The notes under the pieces: generated by a model | What the model saw: the letters and a program-made list of their open reading frames with translations, nothing else | What the model was told of the DNA's origin: nothing | Database searches by the model: none | NCBI GenBank assembly: GCA_963700145.1 | Contig: OY969474.1 | Span: 4,644,916 to 4,708,915, forward strand | Origin: an uncultured Acidobacteriota bacterium | Lineage (GTDB): Bacteria > Acidobacteriota > Thermoanaerobaculia > Multivoradales > UBA5704 | Reading direction: 5' to 3' | Length of the DNA: 64,000 nt | Part shown: piece by piece, positions 59,675-64,000 of the stretch | Layout: each line of letters starts with the position of its first letter | Numbering within the stretch: the stretch's first letter is position 1 | Program-made: the position numbers and the translations under genes

Positions 59675-59790
59675 CCAGATCCTTCGCTGCGCTCAGGATG
59701 ACGAGGAAGGGTTCATGCCGGGCACAACCCAACGACGTCATCCTGAGCGCAGCGTAGCGCAGCGAAGGATCTGGGGGCGGGCAGGCTCAT
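59672..59790. repeat. REP-like palindromic repeat, full dyad copy, spanning the thiL-lon intergenic region
   Basis: CAGATCCTTCGCTGCGCTCAGGATGACG ... CGTCATCCTGAGCGCAGCGTAGCGCAGCGAAGGATCTGGGGGCGGGC. Confidence 0.75.
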
Positions 59791-62240
59791 GCAGGGACTT
59801 CCACCGGTTCCTTTTCCGGCGCCGGCGCCTCCGCGGACGGGCCCTCCGCCGCGGGCCTCGTCCCTGGCGCGTCGAGGGTCGGCCGCGGCATCGGCAGCAG
59901 CGCCAGGTCCAGCACCTCGTCCATGTGCTCGACGAAGTGGAAGCTGAGCCCCTGCTTGACCTGCTGCGAGACCTCGTCGAGGTCGCGCCGGTTGAGCTTG
60001 GGGAGGGCCACGCGGGCGACGCCGGCGAGCTTGGCGGCGAGGACCTTCTCCTTGAGCCCGCCGATCGGCAGCACGTCGCCGCGCAGGGTGAGCTCGCCGG
60101 TCATCGCCAGGCGGCGGTCGACCGGGCGCTGCGTCAGCACCGAGAGGATCGCGGCGCCGATGGTGATCCCCGCCGACGGCCCGTCCTTGGGGATCGAGCC
60201 GGCCGGCACGTGGACGTGGATGTCGTGGCGGGCGAAGTAGTCGTCGGCGATGCCGTTGGCGCCGCCCCAGGCGCGGGCGTAGGAGAGCGCCGCCTGCGCC
60301 GACTCCTTCATCACTTCGCCGAGCTGGCCGGTGAGGAGGAGCAGCCCCTTCCCCGGCACCGCCACCACCTCGATGAACAGCAGATCGCCGCCGACGGCGG
60401 TCCAGGCGAGGCCGGTTGCCACGCCCACCCGGTCGCGGTCCAGGAGCTCCTCGGAGTAGTGCTTGCGGGCGCCGAGCAGCTCCTCGACCTTCGCCGCGTC
60501 CACGACGACCTGCTCGGTCTCGCCGCGCGCCACCCGGACCGCCACCTTGCGGCAGATCGCCGCCAGCTCGCGCTCCAGGTTCCGCAGCCCCGCCTCCTTG
60601 GTGTAGTCGGAGATGACCTTGCGGGTGCCCTCCTCGGTGAACAGCACCTGCTCCTCGCTGATGCCGTTCTCGCGCGTCTGCTTGGGGATCAGGTGGCGGC
60701 GGGCGATCTCGAGCTTCTCCTCCTCGGTGTAGCCGGAGAGGCGGAGCACCTCCATGCGGTCGAGGAAGGCGGGCTGGATCGGCTCGAGCAGGTTGGCGGT
60801 GGCGATGAAGAGCACCCGCGAGAGGTCGTAGGGGACGCCGAGGTAGTGGTCGACGAAGGTGTTGTTCTGCTCCGGGTCGAGCACCTCGAGCAGGGCCGAC
60901 GAGGGGTCGCCGCGGAAGTCGGCGCCGATCTTGTCGATCTCGTCGAGGACGAAGACCGGGTTGCTGGTGCCGGCCTGGCGGATGCCCTGGAGGATGCGCC
61001 CGGGCAGGGCGCCGACGTAGGTGCGGCGGTGGCCGCGGACCTCGGCCTCGTCGCGCACCCCGCCCAACGAGATGCGCACGAACTGCCGGCCGAGCGAGCG
61101 GGCGATCGAGCGCCCGAGCGAGGTCTTGCCGACGCCCGGCGGCCCGACGAAGCAGAGGATCGGCCCCTTGGTGTCCTGCTTGAGCTTGCGCACCGCCAAG
61201 TACTCGAGGATGCGCTCCTTGATCTTCTCGAGGTCGTAGTGGTCCTCGTCGAGCACCTGCTGCGCGCGGTCGAGGTCGAGGTCGTCCTGCGAGACGGTGC
61301 CCCAGGGCATCGCGGTCAGCCAGTCGAGGTAGGTGCGGATGATCTGCGTCTCGGCGCTCTCCGGGTGGCTGCGCTCGAGGCGCTTGATCTGTCGCTCCAG
61401 CTCCTCGCGGGCCTCGTCGGTCAGCCCCTTCTCGTCGGCCAGCTTGCGGTAGTTGGCGATCTCTTCCGACAGCTCCTCGCCTTCGCCCAGCTCCTGCTGG
61501 ATCGCCTTGAGCTGCTGGCGCAGGAAGTACTCGCGCTGCGAGCGGTCCATCTCGCCGCGCGCCTGCGAGGAGATCTCCTGCTGCATGGTGAGCACCTGGA
61601 TCTCGCGCACCAGGAGGTCGGACACCTTGCGCAGCCGCTCGACGGGGTCCATCGTCTCGAGGATCGCCTGCGCCTCGGGGAGCTTGAGGTCGAGGTTGCT
61701 GGCCGCGAGGTCGGCGAGGCGGCCGGGGTCCTCGAGGTTGGCGGCGATGACCATGACCTCGGCCGAGATCGCCTTGCCCAGCCCCACCGCGCGCTCCAGG
61801 CTCTCCTTGACGCTGCGCACCAGCGCCTCGGCCTCGAGCCCGCTCTCGGACGGCGCCGGCTCCTCCAGCCGCTCGATCTTGGCCTGCAGGTACGGCTCGA
61901 CCTGGCTGATGTGCTCGATGCGCGCCCGGGCGACCCCCTGGACCAGGATGCGGATGCGGCCGTCCGGGAGCTTCAACATGCGCAGGATGACCGCCGCGGT
62001 GCCGAACGGGTAGAGGTCGGCCTCGCCGGGGTTCTCGACCGCGGAGTCGCGCTGCGCCACCAGCATGATGACCCGGTTCTCGGCGAGCGCGCGGTCCACC
62101 GCCACGACGCTCTTGTCGCGCCCCACCGAGAGCGGCAGGATGATGTAGGGGAAGACGACCGTGTCTTTGAGCGGCAGGACCGGCAGGACGTCGGGGACCT
62201 TGACGCTCTCCTCCTGCGGCTCCCCCGGCGGCTTGCTCAT
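59787..62240 (-). CDS. lon: ATP-dependent Lon protease (LonA)
   Basis: N-terminal LON domain, Walker [10 protein letters not shown], and protease catalytic Ser in DGPSAGIT. Start [11 protein letters not shown] at 62240. The track ORF is overextended. Confidence 0.9.
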   Translation of the reverse strand: MSKPPGEPQEESVKVPDVLPVLPLKDTVVFPYIILPLSVGRDKSVVAVDRALAENRVIMLVAQRDSAVENPGEADLYPFGTAAVILRMLKLPDGRIRILVQGVARARIEHISQVEPYLQAKIERLEEPAPSESGLEAEALVRSVKESLERAVGLGKAISAEVMVIAANLEDPGRLADLAASNLDLKLPEAQAILETMDPVERLRKVSDLLVREIQVLTMQQEISSQARGEMDRSQREYFLRQQLKAIQQELGEGEELSEEIANYRKLADEKGLTDEAREELERQIKRLERSHPESAETQIIRTYLDWLTAMPWGTVSQDDLDLDRAQQVLDEDHYDLEKIKERILEYLAVRKLKQDTKGPILCFVGPPGVGKTSLGRSIARSLGRQFVRISLGGVRDEAEVRGHRRTYVGALPGRILQGIRQAGTSNPVFVLDEIDKIGADFRGDPSSALLEVLDPEQNNTFVDHYLGVPYDLSRVLFIATANLLEPIQPAFLDRMEVLRLSGYTEEEKLEIARRHLIPKQTRENGISEEQVLFTEEGTRKVISDYTKEAGLRNLERELAAICRKVAVRVARGETEQVVVDAAKVEELLGARKHYSEELLDRDRVGVATGLAWTAVGGDLLFIEVVAVPGKGLLLLTGQLGEVMKESAQAALSYARAWGGANGIADDYFARHDIHVHVPAGSIPKDGPSAGITIGAAILSVLTQRPVDRRLAMTGELTLRGDVLPIGGLKEKVLAAKLAGVARVALPKLNRRDLDEVSQQVKQGLSFHFVEHMDEVLDLALLPMPRPTLDAPGTRPAAEGPSAEAPAPEKEPVEVPA

Positions 62241-62728
62241 CGTTCCTCGGTCTCCGGATTGTCGGGCGGATTGTCGGCGGGTACGGGCTCCTCGACATGC
62301 AAGAGGCGAGCCTCTTGGCGCTTCTCCTGCACCTTCGGAAACGTCACGATCAGAAGGCCCGCTTCCAGCCGCGCGCTGCCCTGGTGGCTGTTGACCGGCC
62401 AAAACAGCTGCACCTCGCGCCGAAAGCGACCGTGCCCGCGCTCCATGCACTGGAAGCGGACGCGCTGGCTGGTGGGGAGCGCCGTCGTCTTGGTGCCGGA
62501 GACGACGACGAGCGTGCCCCGCACCTCGACCTTGAGGTCGGCGGCGCCGAGCCCCGGCACGTCGAGGAGGAGCTGGATCTCGTCCGGCGTCTCGACGACG
62601 TCGAGGTCCGGCTGCCACTCGCCGGCGGCGAGCGTCCCGGCGCCTAGCTGGAGGGCCTCGTGGAAGAGGCGGTCGAGCTCGGACTGGAAGCGCGAGATCA
62701 GGTGGAGCGAGGGGTAACGGCCGGCCAC
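62237..62728 (-). CDS. Hsp20/alpha-crystallin family small heat-shock protein
   Basis: Alpha-crystallin domain (PDLDVVETPDEIQLLLDVPG...LKVEVRGTLVVVSG). Its stop overlaps the lon start. Confidence 0.8.
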   Translation of the reverse strand: MAGRYPSLHLISRFQSELDRLFHEALQLGAGTLAAGEWQPDLDVVETPDEIQLLLDVPGLGAADLKVEVRGTLVVVSGTKTTALPTSQRVRFQCMERGHGRFRREVQLFWPVNSHQGSARLEAGLLIVTFPKVQEKRQEARLLHVEEPVPADNPPDNPETEER

Positions 62729-62729
62729 C

Positions 62730-63212
62730 CTAGCCCTCCTCGCGGGTGGGGACCTCTTCGCGCGGCTGCACCAGGCCGCGCAGCACGTCCATGAAGGCGT
62801 CGATGTCCTCGAAGCGGCGGTAGACCGAGGCGAAGCGCACGTAGGCCACCTGGTCGAGCTCGCGCAGCCGCTCCATGACGAAGGAGCCGATGTCGCGGGT
62901 CGAGATCTCCCGGTCCTCGCGCTCGTGGAGCATGTTCTCGGCCTCTTCCACGATCTCCTCCAGCCGCCGCTGCGCCACCGGCCGCTTCTCGCAGGCCTTG
63001 AGCAGCCCCGACATCAGCTTCTTCCTGCTGAACTCCTCGCGGCTGCCGTCGTGCTTGACCACAAGATACGGGATGTCTTCGATCTGCTCGTACGAGGTGA
63101 AGCGGCGGCCGCAGGAGAGGCACTCGCGCCGCCGGCGGATGGTGACCCCGTCGCGGCTCTCCCGGGAGTCCACCACCCGGTCCCGGTTCTCGGAGCAGAA
63201 GGGGCACCGCAT
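62730..63212 (-). CDS. nrdR: Transcriptional repressor NrdR
   Basis: MRCPFCS...C..C zinc ribbon and ATP-cone domain. Confidence 0.9.
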   Translation of the reverse strand: MRCPFCSENRDRVVDSRESRDGVTIRRRRECLSCGRRFTSYEQIEDIPYLVVKHDGSREEFSRKKLMSGLLKACEKRPVAQRRLEEIVEEAENMLHEREDREISTRDIGSFVMERLRELDQVAYVRFASVYRRFEDIDAFMDVLRGLVQPREEVPTREEG

Positions 63213-63239
63213 GGGCGCCGGCCAGCATAGCAGCGTCCG

Positions 63240-63650
63240 CGGGGAAGCCGGCCCGGAGCGTTTTGGTGCATCCGCGCGGCCTCGGATGCACGGGAAGACG
63301 GCTGGACCAAGCGCCCCGGAGACGTTTATGCACCATTTTTCGCCGCCGATGCACCACCGGGAGTGCTTGGACGGCCTCCCCCGCGCCTCGGGAGCCCGTC
63401 CAGGCCCCTCCAGCGCCCTCCCTCAAGGCAAAATGGTGCAAAGAAGGCGAAAAATGGTGCACCCCGGCCGCGGCGGCGACCGCCCCCGCGCCGGGGGTGC
63501 ACCACCACGGCGTTTTCTGGTGCATTTCGGCCGCCCGGACGCTTGCTCACGGCGCCGTACCGCTTGATCCAGCACCGCGGGCGGTCGTTCCGGCCAGCCG
63601 ATGGTGCATCCGACGCGTCGGATGGTGCATCGAAGTCCCCGGGGGCGCTT
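63240..63650. promoter_or_regulatory. Cluster of ten TGGTGCA/TGCACCA heptamers, in five pairs with about 21-bp centre-to-centre spacing, upstream of nrdR
   Basis: Examples: GGTGCATCCG-N10-CGGATGCAC; ATGCACCA-N13-ATGCACCA; ATGGTGCA-N13-ATGGTGCA; GGTGCACCA-N13-TGGTGCA; ATGGTGCATCCGACGCGTCGGATGGTGCAT. A/T tracts lie between the paired sites. Confidence 0.5.
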
Positions 63651-63682
63651 GAGGGCGGGTTCGGGGAGAACGACCGAAGCGA

Positions 63683-63946
63683 TCAGCGGAGAGGCTGGAG
63701 CGCGAGCAGATGCTCGACCTCGACTCCGTCGTCCAGTTCCTCCCAGTAGACGGCGAAGCCCCCCGGCTCGAGCGACCACCCTTCCCGCTGGTCGGGAGAC
63801 GCCCGCAGCAGCCATGCGAGCCAGGAGACCCCGGCGAGCGGCACGCCGATGTCCCGGCCGTCCGTGAGCAGCACGTGGAGCACGTCGCCCTCGAAGCGCA
63901 CGCCGGTCGCCCCAACGGTGATTTCCCTACCGGGTGAAGTGATCAT
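63683..63946 (-). CDS. DUF2442-family small protein
   Basis: VRFEGDVLHVLLTDGRDIGVPLA...W...ASPDQREGWSLEPGGFAVYWEELDDGVEVEHLL resembles DUF2442. Confidence 0.5.
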   Translation of the reverse strand: MITSPGREITVGATGVRFEGDVLHVLLTDGRDIGVPLAGVSWLAWLLRASPDQREGWSLEPGGFAVYWEELDDGVEVEHLLALQPLR

Positions 63947-64000
63947 TCCAAGCCTCCAACAACGCCGACTGATGCCACTGCGTCAACTTCACGACCCGGT

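Noticed and set aside
59713-62298. 861-aa minus-strand ORF
   Set aside because: Alternative frame of lon. The lon frame has unmistakable Walker and protease motifs.

Overview
This is a very high-G+C bacterial chromosomal segment with dense coding on both strands. The high G+C produces many spurious overlapping ORFs, which were set aside. Gene content (GWxTD lipoprotein, CRTAC1/ASPIC-UnbV protein, a secreted protein with a DNDCDG cysteine motif, multiheme cytochrome) suggests an Acidobacteriota- or Myxococcota-like organism, but no database search was possible.

Gene content, in order:
- The window opens with the tail of a nonribosomal-peptide-type cluster: MbtH-like protein, type II thioesterase and Sfp-type PPTase.
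- Housekeeping and metabolic genes follow: M61 peptidase, aminotransferase, an ABC-2 exporter operon, S9 peptidase, SDR, 3-hydroxyacyl-CoA dehydrogenase, KynB-like cyclase, GH15 glycosidase, FolE, FabH-like KAS III, a truncated hemoglobin, multiheme cytochrome c, an AraC regulator, a vanadium-haloperoxidase-like PAP2 protein and a catalase-related protein.
- A UDP-sugar cluster (Ugd, UXS, epimerase) sits beside MlaDEF.
- PlsC, Mrp/ApbC, an LpxH-like protein, an MBL hydrolase, AroA, a sigma-54 enhancer-binding protein and DppB/DppC-type permeases come next, then an HTH/AT-hook protein, ThiL, and a tightly linked NrdR-Hsp20-Lon block.

Accessory or unusual content:
1. A complete IS256-family element (5575..6939) with an 8-bp target duplication, inserted into an array of about 34-bp palindromic repeats.
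2. A low-G+C islet (about 7400..8760) carrying a PUA/EVE-like plus nuclease-like protein, a candidate modification-dependent restriction gene, next to an orphan antitoxin-like gene.
3. A second low-G+C island (about 26340..29140) with an N-terminal TIR-domain protein, a single-pass membrane protein and two unknown proteins. This is the best candidate for an undescribed defence system.
4. A VapBC-like module embedded in a rearranged region with a 21-bp tandem array and duplicated fragments of the flanking fabH and globin genes.
5. A five-copy REP-like palindromic repeat family.
6. Two related intergenic elements with 22-30-bp perfect terminal inverted repeats.
7. A cluster of ten TGGTGCA heptamers in 21-bp phased pairs upstream of nrdR.
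8. Apparent homopolymer-associated frameshifts in mlaE and possibly at an SDR gene start.
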